Notes under the pieces: generated by a model | Databases searched by the model: none | The model's input: the letters and a program-made list of their open reading frames with translations, nothing else | Told to the model about the DNA's origin: nothing | Translations under genes and position numbers: made by a program | Part shown: in pieces, positions 46,247-57,174 of the stretch | Position numbering within the stretch: the stretch's first letter is position 1 | Layout of the letters: every line of letters begins with the position of its first letter | Source of the DNA: a virus | Direction: 5' to 3' (one strand) | Length of the DNA: 64,000 nt | IMG/VR virus record: IMGVR_UViG_3300042484_001840 | Span: 81,043-145,042 of that record

Positions 46247-46979
46247 TTGCTTTTCCTTCCAATACTGTCTCTGGCGGGGGAGGGCATGTGCATGGGGCGT
46301 TTGGGGGAATGCATCTAATGAAAGATGAAACAATCCACTTATCTGAAGAAAGTGGCATCAAGCCTTCATGAGGGTGAGTCCAATATGAAGGGAATAGTGC
46401 AACTCGCCCAGCAACAGCATCTACCGTTGTTTGGTGGAATGGGAAATTCGTCCCCCCACCTTCGCTTACGGTGTTGAGATAAAGAATCAGACCCAAAGTC
46501 CTCGTCTCAGAACCACCGAGCCAAGGCGCTCCATCAATATGCTCATTATAGAAACCGCTATTTTGTTTATATTTCTGAACTTGATAACCAGTATCTGAAA
46601 CCATGCAATAATCAAAACTATCAGCATGGCGCAATGTTGGAAAAGTTTCTTTATATAAATTAACTACTTTCCATATTTGTTCAAAAATTCTTTTGTCAAA
46701 TTCTAATTCTTTTTCTGAAGGAGAATTCGCTTCAACATTTAAGTTCCAGTCAGTAGAAACTTTTACGCGGAAATCCGTACCACCCATAGTTCTACCAATT
46801 TTGGAATAATGCGAATTTTCTTCACAGTGTTTAATTAAATTTGTACAAAAACCTTCGTCAAATACGCCATCAACATAAGCAATGGCAGATTGCCTTCCAA
46901 CTGGAAAGGTGAGAGGTGAGTTAAAGAACTTTTCTGCGCTTCCAGCAAAGTTAATCACTTCCTGAATATTGTCAGTCAT
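46239..46979 (-). CDS. 2OG-Fe(II) oxygenase (prolyl-4-hydroxylase-like)
   Basis: HID...LYLN..EGGxT.F...FP..WTHPH...K. Confidence 0.88.
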   Translation of the reverse strand: MTDNIQEVINFAGSAEKFFNSPLTFPVGRQSAIAYVDGVFDEGFCTNLIKHCEENSHYSKIGRTMGGTDFRVKVSTDWNLNVEANSPSEKELEFDKRIFEQIWKVVNLYKETFPTLRHADSFDYCMVSDTGYQVQKYKQNSGFYNEHIDGAPWLGGSETRTLGLILYLNTVSEGGGTNFPFHQTTVDAVAGRVALFPSYWTHPHEGLMPLSSDKWIVSSFIRCIPPNAPCTCPPPPETVLEGKAND

Positions 46980-47730
46980 CGGAGTTTTTTCTATTTTTGC
47001 GATAACGCTGTCCAACGGAACCATCTAATGAAATGGTTGGTCCATCCGACATTCCGCGGGCGTAAACATATTTGTAGTTTTCCTCGTCAGCAAATTTAAT
47101 TTCTTGAATATCACCAGAGCGTTTGAAAGGAATGACATGAGCAAGAGGTGTTCCGTAGCGAATAACAAAAGGCTCATCACCCTTTAAGTTCAAAACAACA
47201 TTCATGTGGTGGTAATAATCCGTATGAACAATCGCTGGGACTACATCGTAATTATTGTTTGGTTCGTAGGGAATCCCACTAATAATTGATGACCAACCCT
47301 TGGCGGTAATGAATGAATAAGGATTCACCAATTTTGGATACGGTGACTCTTCCTGCTTCCTATTACGAGTCATTGGACATTCGCCAGTTGTTGACATTGG
47401 GAATGGTTGACTTTCAAAAGGGACTAAAGAAAAAGGCATTTGCCCAATCTCTACTTCCCAACCACCAAGGTCAGGTCGTGGGTTGAAGGAAAAGTCTGAC
47501 CACGCAGGGATAATATATCCAAGATTTAAATAGTCTTGAACCCCAGCGCACTTGCGAATTCCATCTTTTGGAGAAATCTTGAACCATGTAGGTAGCGTTT
47601 TGGCGCTAGTGGCATATGGCTTTGCGTCCTCAAGCAGACGATTATCCATTGGGATAATTAGAGTCTGTCCTTCTTTTACGCTTTTGCGCATAGATGAATA
47701 AACATTTCGTGGCTTAGTTGTAAATTTCAT
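46972..47730 (-). CDS. DUF6065-like beta-clip protein
   Basis: IRKC...GYIIP.W.D, NP...T.KGWS, GTPLAHVIPFKR. Confidence 0.7.
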   Translation of the reverse strand: MKFTTKPRNVYSSMRKSVKEGQTLIIPMDNRLLEDAKPYATSAKTLPTWFKISPKDGIRKCAGVQDYLNLGYIIPAWSDFSFNPRPDLGGWEVEIGQMPFSLVPFESQPFPMSTTGECPMTRNRKQEESPYPKLVNPYSFITAKGWSSIISGIPYEPNNNYDVVPAIVHTDYYHHMNVVLNLKGDEPFVIRYGTPLAHVIPFKRSGDIQEIKFADEENYKYVYARGMSDGPTISLDGSVGQRYRKNRKNSDD

Positions 47731-49189
47731 TGAGTGCCTCCGCGTGGTCTACTAGTTCTTCTGTGAGTCTAGTATTTCTTACATTAGAAATTTCTTTAAG
47801 CGCCGAGTCAATTTTGTCAAAGTTCTGCATCATTCTACCAATAGGCTCGGTACTAATAACATTTTGTCCTTGTGCAACATGAAGTAAATGCGCTATTTGG
47901 AACATTTCACCGTGATTATTTGATATATGGTCACGAGGTAGTGTCGTTTCTTGCCATAAATCTAAAAGTTCTTGAAGTGAGTCGTTGACTGGCATTTCTG
48001 CTGTGGCGCGCCAGAATTCTGTATCTCGCCTGTCTGACATATAGTGAAGCCTAATCATAATAAGGATGTTGTCCATCATTATATTGAAATTCTTGTTTAC
48101 TGTTTTTTGGGATGCCCAATGACCATGTTTATATGAACCTAAAAATGGCATTATTTGGTCCATCTGTTGAATTGTTGAGCCGATTGATGTTGCTTCCAGT
48201 GGTTCAACAAATGAACTTGCCAGACCGACCGTAAGGCAGTTCTTGACCCATGGTGTTTTAAGATGACCAGGGTCAAACTTGAATGTTCGTGCAGGACTAA
48301 TATTTATCCCTAATGTTTCCGAGGCTTCTTTGATGGCATCTTCTTCGCTAAGGAAGGCGGATGAATACACATAGCCATTTCCCCGTCGTTCCTGTGTAGG
48401 AATTTCCCACATCCAGCCTGACGAAAGTGCACGCGCCCGTGTGTATGCTCTAATTTTGCCATTTTCATCTTTTTCTGTTGGAAAAGCAAAAGCAGAATCT
48501 GCTAACAAATACTTACTAAATGATTCCCATTCCGTATTCCCTAATGCTTTGCTGAGAATTCTTTGAAATCCAGTAGCATCTATCCAAAAATTAGCAATTA
48601 CTTTTTTCCCTGACTTTAGGTCAACTGATTCAATATGACCCTGTTCGGGGTTTAGGTTTACTTTTTCAATAAAACCCTCAATGAAACCAATATGCCTGCG
48701 ACCAGCAACATTTCTGAAATACTCGTTTAATTTAAATGTATCAAAGTGATATTGGTTAGTTGCATTATGCATATGCTTTTTACTAATTTTATCTGTAAAT
48801 AAACCAACACTTCCAGTATTATTTGTTAACAATTTACCGTCAGCAATAAGTTTGCTATACACGGCATAAAGTCTCCACATAAAAATTTCTTCATCACCAG
48901 AAACGCTATGAATATAATCAGGGAATACCGTTGACCAATTCTCAAACCTGATTCCGTATTTGTGAGTTGCTTTTGTTTCTGCCATCATCTCAAGAAGCGG
49001 AATATCACATCGGCTCATCATTGTTCGCCAATGCTCAGTACTGCCTTCTCCAACGCCTACAATGCCCACTTCGCTTGAGGAAATAATAGTTATTTTTGCT
49101 TGCGGGAAAGCAGAGCGCAACATTATTGAAGATATTAGACCTGCTGTACCAGAACCACAAATACCAAATGACAAAGGTGTTTCATTCAT
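47714..49189 (-). CDS. tryptophan-halogenase-like flavin-dependent enzyme
   Basis: GSGTAG, GVGEGS, catalytic Lys in ATHKYGI, WMWEIP, FVEPLEATSI. Confidence 0.9.
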   Translation of the reverse strand: MNETPLSFGICGSGTAGLISSIMLRSAFPQAKITIISSSEVGIVGVGEGSTEHWRTMMSRCDIPLLEMMAETKATHKYGIRFENWSTVFPDYIHSVSGDEEIFMWRLYAVYSKLIADGKLLTNNTGSVGLFTDKISKKHMHNATNQYHFDTFKLNEYFRNVAGRRHIGFIEGFIEKVNLNPEQGHIESVDLKSGKKVIANFWIDATGFQRILSKALGNTEWESFSKYLLADSAFAFPTEKDENGKIRAYTRARALSSGWMWEIPTQERRGNGYVYSSAFLSEEDAIKEASETLGINISPARTFKFDPGHLKTPWVKNCLTVGLASSFVEPLEATSIGSTIQQMDQIMPFLGSYKHGHWASQKTVNKNFNIMMDNILIMIRLHYMSDRRDTEFWRATAEMPVNDSLQELLDLWQETTLPRDHISNNHGEMFQIAHLLHVAQGQNVISTEPIGRMMQNFDKIDSALKEISNVRNTRLTEELVDHAEALNEIYN

Positions 49190-49203
49190 AACTAGATACT
49201 ACA

Positions 49204-49908
49204 TCAATCAACCTTACGGACGCAAAGGGTGTAGGAAATATATCCTTGCATGTGCATTATGTCAAATTTTTGTGTGTCTTTTAATCTTGCGTGCACTTGA
49301 TGAGCAAAACCTGTTTCACCAGACTCTTGGTAAAGTTCACCACCATTTGAAGAGTTTGACACTATGAGTAATCCACCAGGCTTGATGGCATTGACTACGG
49401 CATCAAAAATATCATTGTCAGCAAAGTAATTAACTACAACTTGAGCAAAATCAATTTGAGGCATGGAAGTTTTTATAGTTTCCCAAGGCAGTGTTGTCAC
49501 ATTATTGATGGATGTCGTATCCATCGCTTCATTGAGCAAGAACAAAGAACTGTGGTTTGCTGTATAAACTGTTTCTAGAACATCGGATGCCAATAATAAT
49601 TCCGTTGCTGAACCAATAACTAATCCTGTTGAGGCTTTTATTGCTGTAGCAAAGAACTTTGGGAAGTGACTAATAGACCAAAGCATAGGAGCAAGAATCT
49701 CACCGTTGGGTGCCCCAGTTACTCCGAAGTAGTGGAACTCCGTTGATTTTGATGCCAAGTCAACACTGCCACCACCACTTGTTTTGACATTTTCATAAAT
49801 AAGTTTACAAAAATTAATATAATCATCAATTGATGTTAATTTACTATTTTGTGATGATGATAAAGCAAAAAATGTCTCTTCGCCCATTTTGATAAATTGG
49901 CTAGGCAT
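49204..49908 (-). CDS. degenerate class I SAM-methyltransferase-like protein
   Basis: LVIGSA..., IKPGGLLIV. Confidence 0.5.
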   Translation of the reverse strand: MPSQFIKMGEETFFALSSSQNSKLTSIDDYINFCKLIYENVKTSGGGSVDLASKSTEFHYFGVTGAPNGEILAPMLWSISHFPKFFATAIKASTGLVIGSATELLLASDVLETVYTANHSSLFLLNEAMDTTSINNVTTLPWETIKTSMPQIDFAQVVVNYFADNDIFDAVVNAIKPGGLLIVSNSSNGGELYQESGETGFAHQVHARLKDTQKFDIMHMQGYISYTLCVRKVD

Positions 49909-49909
49909 A

Positions 49910-50146
49910 TCAGAAGGTCTCTTCTTTAGTTACTACAGAAAAAAACAAAATACTTCTCAATTCATTTAACACTTTGATGTTGTCTCCGCCAGATAAAGAA
50001 ATTACAAGTGCTTGCCTAATCATTTCATAGTTTGATTCGTCTACAAAACATGGTTCAATACCTATCAAAGAACAAATATAAAAAGACCTCTCAGCAAGGT
50101 AACTATAATGGTCATTTTTATCGTAATTAATCATTAGTGGAGCCAT
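49910..50146 (-). CDS. hypothetical protein
   Basis: Operonic ORF. Confidence 0.6.
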   Translation of the reverse strand: MAPLMINYDKNDHYSYLAERSFYICSLIGIEPCFVDESNYEMIRQALVISLSGGDNIKVLNELRSILFFSVVTKEETF

Positions 50147-50306
50147 CTATAAAAAAAGGGGTATCCAATAAGGGGCACCCGGTATTCGTTGTTTCTTGGT
50201 TAATCATCCAATTTTGCAAATGAAGACCTTCTTCAATCGGAATACAATACTTATCTTTTAACTTTTGTTTTTCTATCCGTTGAATAAGTTCTTCTGGTGT
50301 TGCCAT
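50127..50306 (-). CDS. 59-aa hypothetical protein (MATPEELIQRIEKQK...)
   Basis: Read manually; fills the operon gap. Confidence 0.55.
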   Translation of the reverse strand: MATPEELIQRIEKQKLKDKYCIPIEEGLHLQNWMINQETTNTGCPLLDTPFFIDGSTND

Positions 50307-50309
50307 GAG

Positions 50310-50552
50310 TTAAACCCCAAGGGCAACCAATTTTGTTGCAATAATTTTCAAACCGTCACAAACTTGCTCAACGCGATAAACATCACCATCAAAGGCGTAA
50401 TTTTCCATCGCTACTTCGTCTTCAATATCAAATAACGAAGGGTCAATTGCATGACGAAGCAGGATGCTCGTCAATTCTGTTGAGAGTTGTATGCGCGCTT
50501 GTTCAAGAAGGTTAACTTTTGTAGAAAGTGGCATATCATCAAAAAAAGACAT
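50310..50552 (-). CDS. hypothetical protein
   Basis: AGGAG RBS. Confidence 0.7.
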   Translation of the reverse strand: MSFFDDMPLSTKVNLLEQARIQLSTELTSILLRHAIDPSLFDIEDEVAMENYAFDGDVYRVEQVCDGLKIIATKLVALGV

Positions 50553-50573
50553 TATTTCTCCTATTTTTTAACT

Positions 50574-52436
50574 TTATTTATTGAGTATAACATAGACATT
50601 TCCAGCACCACCAGTTCCAGTGCCACCAGTTCCTGCGCCAACAGAGGTGGTAATTTGAGAAAGTGTGGATGTTGATGGTGTAATGAATATTTTACCACCA
50701 GCGGGACCAGTATCTCCAATAGCGTATGTCGCCGTACTTGAAAAGGAACGCACGGGACGCACATAGTACGCGGTGGACTTGGCAAAGTCAAAAGTAAGGC
50801 TGCCGTCAAAATTCCAAAACGCCGCTTGGCTGGCGGAAAGTTCAGAAGAACTCCAATAGGGGCCAGACGAAAAACTTGTGTTTAAAGCAACTCTGTTGAT
50901 ATGCATCTGTTCTAGTTCATTATAGGACGGCAAAAACCAGTCCGATTGTCCGCCAGAAACTAATTCGCTACAATAAACAGCAGCCGATGATGATGCCAGA
51001 TTTCCTGACTGGGCAACAATATCTGCGGTGTTCTGTTCGCCTGTACCAATTGCTGTACCGTCAGCGCCACTAACTGACGCAATCTGGTTGCCTCCAGTAG
51101 CCCAAGTTCTACCAACTTGAACGCTAACAGGGGCAACCTCAAAATATTTAAATGGCTCTGTGACGACAATAATGGCACCGCCACCGCCATTATATCCAGC
51201 CTGACCAGTGCCCCCAGTTACCGCTGGGGCAGCCGCTCCACCCGCTCCGCCTGCTCCGCCTGCATATGAGGAATTTGTGTTGCAGATATGATTGGCGTGA
51301 GTGCTGTTGTGGGCGTTGCAGACACTATGGTGGGCATGATTTTGTTGGTGGAAGTGATGGTTGCTTTGTTGGTGGAAGTGATGGTTGCTTCGTTGGTGGA
51401 AGTGATGGTTGCTTTGTTGGTGAGCATGATTGACGCAGTGACTAGCATGTCCATGCTGGGTACAGTAAGAGTGATGGTGCCCGTCTCTTACATTCTCGTG
51501 GGCGTTGGTCCGAACCTCCTCGTGGGCGTTGGTCCGAACATTCTCGTGGGAGTTGGTCCGAACATGACCGTGAGTAACGCAGTTGGCAGTATTGGCAGGG
51601 GATGTGTGGTTATTGCACCCAGCAATAGTGCTAGTGCTGTTTGTTCCAGCATTGACAGTTAGGGTTGGGGCTGTTGCTCCCGTATTTCCAGCAGTACCAG
51701 GACTTCCCGTACTTCCCGCACTTCCAGAAGAGCCACTAAATCCAACTGCCGAAATCGTTCCAGTACCTGTGATGGTTTTAGCAATAATAACCGCTAATGC
51801 GCCACCATTACCACCTGTTCCGCCAGCCCCTCCAACTCCTGCTGTTGCGCCCGTTGCCGTACCAGAGTTGCCTGTATAGCCTTTTCCACCAGAAGCGCCC
51901 TCGGTATTGGCGTTGGGTGAGTATGCGCCTGCGCTTCCTGCTGTGCCTGCCTTGCCAGACCAAGTGTCAGCGTTGGTTAATGCCGCTGTTGTATTTCCAG
52001 TGCTTCCTGCTATACCAGCAGAGCCTCCACGAACCGACGCTAGTCCACCCACCTGAACAGGAGACGAATCTAAAACCAATCCATAGATATTTTCTGTGAC
52101 CCACGATGGGGCGGAGTTTGCTGATGACCCCGCGCCAATGCCACCTAAAACATTAGAAACATTTGACGATGTTGTTACCGCAAATATTGTTCCCGTGGTC
52201 GTCCCCGTATTTACGGAAATAGTCCCATTTAGGGTGAGGGTATTTTTGACAAATATTTTATATCCACTACAAGTTAATGTTACCCCGACATTAACTGTCA
52301 GGTTATTGTAATACTTATCCGATGTCAGGGTTGTATTTCCAGTAATAGTTACATCACCATCAGTGCCCTGACCATAAATAGCGTCATTGCCTGTTCGTTG
52401 AGTTGTTGATGAGCCGTAACTAAATAATCCACTCAT
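50574..52436 (-). CDS. Gly-rich virion protein with His/Cys hairpin and DUF1566/C-type-lectin-like module
   Basis: Gly-rich arms, 8-aa His repeats, DWFLPS..EL...YWSSSE...VRPVRSF. Confidence 0.82.
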   Translation of the reverse strand: MSGLFSYGSSTTQRTGNDAIYGQGTDGDVTITGNTTLTSDKYYNNLTVNVGVTLTCSGYKIFVKNTLTLNGTISVNTGTTTGTIFAVTTSSNVSNVLGGIGAGSSANSAPSWVTENIYGLVLDSSPVQVGGLASVRGGSAGIAGSTGNTTAALTNADTWSGKAGTAGSAGAYSPNANTEGASGGKGYTGNSGTATGATAGVGGAGGTGGNGGALAVIIAKTITGTGTISAVGFSGSSGSAGSTGSPGTAGNTGATAPTLTVNAGTNSTSTIAGCNNHTSPANTANCVTHGHVRTNSHENVRTNAHEEVRTNAHENVRDGHHHSYCTQHGHASHCVNHAHQQSNHHFHQRSNHHFHQQSNHHFHQQNHAHHSVCNAHNSTHANHICNTNSSYAGGAGGAGGAAAPAVTGGTGQAGYNGGGGAIIVVTEPFKYFEVAPVSVQVGRTWATGGNQIASVSGADGTAIGTGEQNTADIVAQSGNLASSSAAVYCSELVSGGQSDWFLPSYNELEQMHINRVALNTSFSSGPYWSSSELSASQAAFWNFDGSLTFDFAKSTAYYVRPVRSFSSTATYAIGDTGPAGGKIFITPSTSTLSQITTSVGAGTGGTGTGGAGNVYVILNK

Positions 52437-52438
52437 GG

Positions 52439-53155
52439 TTATACCAACTGAATATAGTTATATGTGCCAGGGTAAGCGCCATTAACGGAAGTGTAGACAT
52501 TTGCTGGCAAGGATGCTCCAGAGGAAATGACGATAATAACGCCTCCGCCACCCCCCCCTCCGCCTTCCGCAATAAAATTTGCTTTAGTTAAAGTATCAGC
52601 AGTACAGGCAATGTAACGAGCAGCACAAATAATCACTCCACCACCAAGTCCACCAGTTCCTCCAGCGCCACCTCGTAAATATGTGGGTCCACCACTGGCA
52701 GTTATTGAAAAACCACGAACAGCCTGATGAGGTTGTTTATAGTAATTAGCGCCACCTAGAGCACTTGTTGGTGCGGTTGCTGTTGCCGTGGAGCCGTTTC
52801 CACCAAGACTATGCGTAACAGAAACTGTCGCCGTGCCACCCTGTTGGATTGTTCCTGCCGTAGACCACCCCGTGCCATCAGCCCATCCAATACGCGATGC
52901 ATTACCAAGGGTTAATAGGTTTTGAACAAATATACGATAACCGTTAGGTTGGATTCTTACACTGTCACTAACAGACATGTTGTAACAATAAATGTCTCTA
53001 GTCAATGAGTACACACTAGAAGAAGGTGCCATACTTAAAATCGTCGTAGTGCCGTCAAAAACAACAGAACCATCGTCGCCAGTTCCATAAACAACATCTG
53101 GCGCGTCAAGGAATTGCGCCAATCCGTTTGAACCATATTTGACTACAGCAGGCAT
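52439..53155 (-). CDS. Gly-rich virion protein, paralogue of the N-terminus of 50574-52436
   Basis: Shared YGxGxDG..., GYxIFVxNxLTL. Confidence 0.78.
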   Translation of the reverse strand: MPAVVKYGSNGLAQFLDAPDVVYGTGDDGSVVFDGTTTILSMAPSSSVYSLTRDIYCYNMSVSDSVRIQPNGYRIFVQNLLTLGNASRIGWADGTGWSTAGTIQQGGTATVSVTHSLGGNGSTATATAPTSALGGANYYKQPHQAVRGFSITASGGPTYLRGGAGGTGGLGGGVIICAARYIACTADTLTKANFIAEGGGGGGGGVIIVISSGASLPANVYTSVNGAYPGTYNYIQLV

Positions 53156-53514
53156 CAGGTCTCCTCAATACCGACCACTGTCATATTAACAGATGTTGCA
53201 GAAGAACATAATGCCGTCAATTGGTCACTGTTTGTAGCGTTTGCTGTAGAGCCGTTGTTTGTCATAACCAAGGAACAGTTAAAGGAAATTGTCTCATTAG
53301 CCGCAATTGTCATTGCACTTAAAATATCGTGCGTAGCGGCTTCCGTGACATTTAATGGCTTGAGGCGAACTGTCACCGTCTTTGCTGCTGCCGTGGTATT
53401 TGTCAAAATAATTTGCTTGACGACTGTCGTTGTACTGATGGGGACAGTGTAGTACACGGCAGTTGAAGCCGTAAGTTGCGATGGTCCGACAAGTCTTTTC
53501 TGTGTTAAGGGCAT
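53155..53514 (-). CDS. virion structural protein
   Basis: YTVP..TTTVVKQI..N pattern. Confidence 0.75.
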   Translation of the reverse strand: MPLTQKRLVGPSQLTASTAVYYTVPISTTTVVKQIILTNTTAAAKTVTVRLKPLNVTEAATHDILSAMTIAANETISFNCSLVMTNNGSTANATNSDQLTALCSSATSVNMTVVGIEET

Positions 53515-56500
53515 TACATAACCTCCATTATAAATCTCATTTCAGCATCACGCACATTCGTTGTCAAAGCAACAGTACCAGTAGCATTGGGTAAAGTAAT
53601 TGTTCTATCGGCAGTTGGGTCAGTAACGCTTAGGGTTGTTTCGTAAGTATTCGCAGTTGCGCCTTCAAAAATAACTGAACCTGTTAAGGCAATATTGCCG
53701 TCAACATCTAGTTTTTCAGCAGGGTCGTATTTGCCAATACCCACACGATGGTTAGTAGCATCAACTTTTAATGTTGTGGAACTTATCCCAGCCCCATCAA
53801 CTCTTAGGTCTCCTTCTAATACAAGACCAGTTGAGGTGTCATATAAAAGGTTTGCACTGCCTGCGGGATTGTTTGAACTATCTTTGTAAACGACCTGATA
53901 CGCATCACCAGCAACAGGACCTGTTGCACCTGAGGGTCCCTGCGCTCCAATTGCTCCCTGCGGACCCGTATCACCTTGAGGTCCAGTATTACCATTTGTG
54001 CCATTCATGCCAGGATAGCCCTCTGGACCTTGTGGTCCAGTTGCACCCGTTGGTCCTGCTGGGCCTTGCGCTCCCGTTGCTCCCTGAGGTCCAGTATCTC
54101 CCGTTGGACCAGCATCCCCCGTGGCACCTGTTGGTCCTACTGGACCCTGCGCTCCCGTTGCTCCCTGAGGTCCAGTATCTCCCGTAGCACCCGTAGGACC
54201 CGAAGGACCCTGCGCTCCCGTTGCCCCCTGAGGACCTTGCGCTCCAACATCGCCAGTACGAGCAAAAGTAATAATGATGCTCTCACTATTACTAAACGCC
54301 GTAGCAGAACCTGAAACATACGAACAGTCAACATCAAAGAAGCCTGTTTCTTCCGTGACAGCAGAAATGGTAAACAAAGCAAAATCTGATGAATCAGCCT
54401 TATTAGAAATACGGAAGTGACCCTTTATCGTACTTGTTGAGTCGTCAATAGTTCTTAGATATGACTGAATGTCAGTTGCGTTGACATCAACATCGTCAAT
54501 TTTTAGTTCTGAAGCAAGACTGATGTTTGCGTTGCTGAATTTAAGTTTTCCTGTACCAGGATCGGTATGTGCTGTATCGGTATCAAATACATATTCAAAT
54601 GTGATTCCGCCAAAGTTGCCTTGGGCACCTTGTGGTCCTGTTGCGCCTTGGCTTCCTGTCGCGCCTTGAGCGCCCACATCACCTTGCGGACCCTGAGGAC
54701 CCGTAGAACCTTGTGCGCCAGTGGCTCCTTGCGAGCCAGTTGCACCTTGGCTTCCAGTTGCGCCTTGCGGTCCGACATCACCTTGTGGACCAGTCGCGCC
54801 CTGAGCGCCTGTAGCACCTTGTGGTCCAGTCGCCCCCTGTGCGCCTTGAGGTCCAGCATCACCTTGCGGTCCTGTCGCTCCCTGACTTCCAGTAGCACCC
54901 TGCGCTCCCGTAGCGCCCTGTGGACCTTGCACGCCCTGTGGACCCGTCGCCCCCTGAGCACCAGTGGCTCCTTGCGAACCAGTCGCACCCTGAGGACCAG
55001 ACTCCCCCTGAGGTCCTTGTGAGCCAGTTGCGCCCTGAGGTCCAGTTGAACCTTGCGCACCTGTAGCCCCCTGAGCGCCAGTTGCACCCTGAGGTCCTTC
55101 AGGTCCCTGACTGCCAGTAGCGCCCTGTGCTCCAGTACTACCCTGAGGTCCTGTCGCTCCTTGGGCACCCTGACTACCCGTTGAACCCTGTGGTCCAGTA
55201 CTGCCTTGCGGACCTTGGGCACCCTGTGCGCCCATTTCTGCAATAAGAGTCCAGAATGTTCCTTCTACGGGCGTATCGCCAGTGTTGCCCCCATTTGCAT
55301 TAATGCGGTACCAAGTCTCGCCGTTATATGTGGCAACATCACCAATCGCATAAGAAGATCCAATATTGTACGCACCAGTAAAATTCCATAAGGCGTTAGC
55401 CCCCTGTGGTCCCTGAGCGCCCTGCGGACCAGTACTGCCCTGTGGACCCGTACTTCCTTGAGGACCCTGCGAACCCGTAGCACCCTGACTACCAGTTACT
55501 CCTTGAGCGCCCGTACTACCCTGCGGACCAACATCACCTTGAGGACCAGTCGCACCCTGACTACCCGTCGCACCTTGCGCTCCAGTTGCTCCCTGAGGAC
55601 CTTGCGCTCCTTGAGCGCCTTGAGGACCGACAGCAGTGGTAGGAACAAACTTGGTGCCATTAAAAACTAGGGCTTGAGCACTTGTTGCGCCAGTCGGGTC
55701 AATCTCAATACTGTCAACGGTCAAGGTACTTGAAGACAATGCTCCAGTAACTGTAAGTGATGTTGCATTTCGTGAGCCGTCTGCAAGAAGGTACTGAGTA
55801 TGGTCGTCGTCGCTAAGACCAGTGAGAGAACCGTGGTCAGATACTGGCTCTGTTGGTACGCCACCACCAGAAACAATAGAGCGCACATCCGTTACAGCAA
55901 CAAACGCTGCACTTGGCGTATTTTCAAATGAATTTTTACACTCATAAATAATTTTATAAAGAGGTCTAAATTCAACAATAGGGAACCCAGCCAAGTCTAG
56001 GTCACTATAAATAGCCGCTTCAGCAGCGCTCTTTTGACCATAACTATTTTGACCAAGAATTGAAATTACTGGATAGTTAAGATTGTTAGTAGCAATGATG
56101 AATGACACACCAAAATAGTTGTTTTGAACATCAACGGTAGACCATGTACCAGCAGTATTTAAGTTATACCGAGGGCGAGATGTACCCTGCTTTAACGGGA
56201 ATTGTGTTGGCGCATCATGTTTCCAATGCGCATTAGTGCGATAAAAAACAGGGATTTCAGCAATACCTTGAAGAACTTGTTCCCAAGTATTTGCTGTAGG
56301 TGTATTTGAATGTGTGATGTCAACTTGTAAATCTTCATCAAAGAAAGTTCCGTCAGCGATATCTAGTTGAGCGTGAGAATCTAGCGAACCATTACCATCA
56401 AGAATATAGTTGTTCGCGCCAAATCCGTTGGCGATAGCCGCGCCACGAGTTCTGTGAAGATACTCGTGTGTTTGCCAGTCAAGAACAATGCCGTGGCGTT

Positions 56501-57131
56501 CATCAGCAAAGAAGTATGCTTTGTTGTCTACTTCATTCCAGTAAATATATGCGGTAGGGGTGTCGTTTTCCCAATCAAAATATGATGTGCGATACGAAAG
56601 AACACCAGTATTGCTGTAATAAATATAGTAAAGACCACTCGTGTCAGGAATGTCAACAGTTTCCGTAGTTGTTTTCGTATATTTGACACCCTTGCACCAG
56701 ACTTCAAATGATGCTGAAACTGGGGAGATTGAGAATCGTCGGTTGCCTTCATCAAAAGCAATAGTGCTTTGCGACTTATCAGTATGACCAATTGGTTCTC
56801 CACCAGGAAGATTGACTGGGGCAGTACCTGGAGCGAACTTAGTACCGTTATAAACAAGCGTGTTGCCTGTAGCCGCACCAGTTGTATCTACTTCAATACT
56901 GTCAACATAAAGCGTAGGAACTTTAAGGGTGTCGTCAGTCTTTAAAACATTGGCAGAGTCACGATAAATGTTGGTATCAACAGCATCAGTTCCATTACCC
57001 CACGAAATTTTTCCGCCAGCATCAATACTGAGGCGAGGATTAGCATCACCATTAACGCCAACATCTATGGCGGTGTCTGCTGCTGTACTAAAAAATCGTG
57101 CGCGGATAGCCGCGAAAAACTTGTTTGCCAT
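53514..57131 (-). CDS. collagen-like tail fibre protein (1205 aa)
   Basis: Long ([12 protein letters not shown])n blocks; [14 protein letters not shown] fibre motif. Confidence 0.9.
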   Translation of the reverse strand: MANKFFAAIRARFFSTAADTAIDVGVNGDANPRLSIDAGGKISWGNGTDAVDTNIYRDSANVLKTDDTLKVPTLYVDSIEVDTTGAATGNTLVYNGTKFAPGTAPVNLPGGEPIGHTDKSQSTIAFDEGNRRFSISPVSASFEVWCKGVKYTKTTTETVDIPDTSGLYYIYYSNTGVLSYRTSYFDWENDTPTAYIYWNEVDNKAYFFADERHGIVLDWQTHEYLHRTRGAAIANGFGANNYILDGNGSLDSHAQLDIADGTFFDEDLQVDITHSNTPTANTWEQVLQGIAEIPVFYRTNAHWKHDAPTQFPLKQGTSRPRYNLNTAGTWSTVDVQNNYFGVSFIIATNNLNYPVISILGQNSYGQKSAAEAAIYSDLDLAGFPIVEFRPLYKIIYECKNSFENTPSAAFVAVTDVRSIVSGGGVPTEPVSDHGSLTGLSDDDHTQYLLADGSRNATSLTVTGALSSSTLTVDSIEIDPTGATSAQALVFNGTKFVPTTAVGPQGAQGAQGPQGATGAQGATGSQGATGPQGDVGPQGSTGAQGVTGSQGATGSQGPQGSTGPQGSTGPQGAQGPQGANALWNFTGAYNIGSSYAIGDVATYNGETWYRINANGGNTGDTPVEGTFWTLIAEMGAQGAQGPQGSTGPQGSTGSQGAQGATGPQGSTGAQGATGSQGPEGPQGATGAQGATGAQGSTGPQGATGSQGPQGESGPQGATGSQGATGAQGATGPQGVQGPQGATGAQGATGSQGATGPQGDAGPQGAQGATGPQGATGAQGATGPQGDVGPQGATGSQGATGSQGATGAQGSTGPQGPQGDVGAQGATGSQGATGPQGAQGNFGGITFEYVFDTDTAHTDPGTGKLKFSNANISLASELKIDDVDVNATDIQSYLRTIDDSTSTIKGHFRISNKADSSDFALFTISAVTEETGFFDVDCSYVSGSATAFSNSESIIITFARTGDVGAQGPQGATGAQGPSGPTGATGDTGPQGATGAQGPVGPTGATGDAGPTGDTGPQGATGAQGPAGPTGATGPQGPEGYPGMNGTNGNTGPQGDTGPQGAIGAQGPSGATGPVAGDAYQVVYKDSSNNPAGSANLLYDTSTGLVLEGDLRVDGAGISSTTLKVDATNHRVGIGKYDPAEKLDVDGNIALTGSVIFEGATANTYETTLSVTDPTADRTITLPNATGTVALTTNVRDAEMRFIMEVM

Positions 57132-57174
57132 TGAGCCTCAACTCAAAATAGGTGACCCCGCAAGGTCTATAATT

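Noticed and set aside
53900-55630. 9/18-bp tandem repeats as a non-coding array; alternative-frame ORFs there
   Set aside because: Fully explained by Gly-X-Y collagen coding on the minus strand
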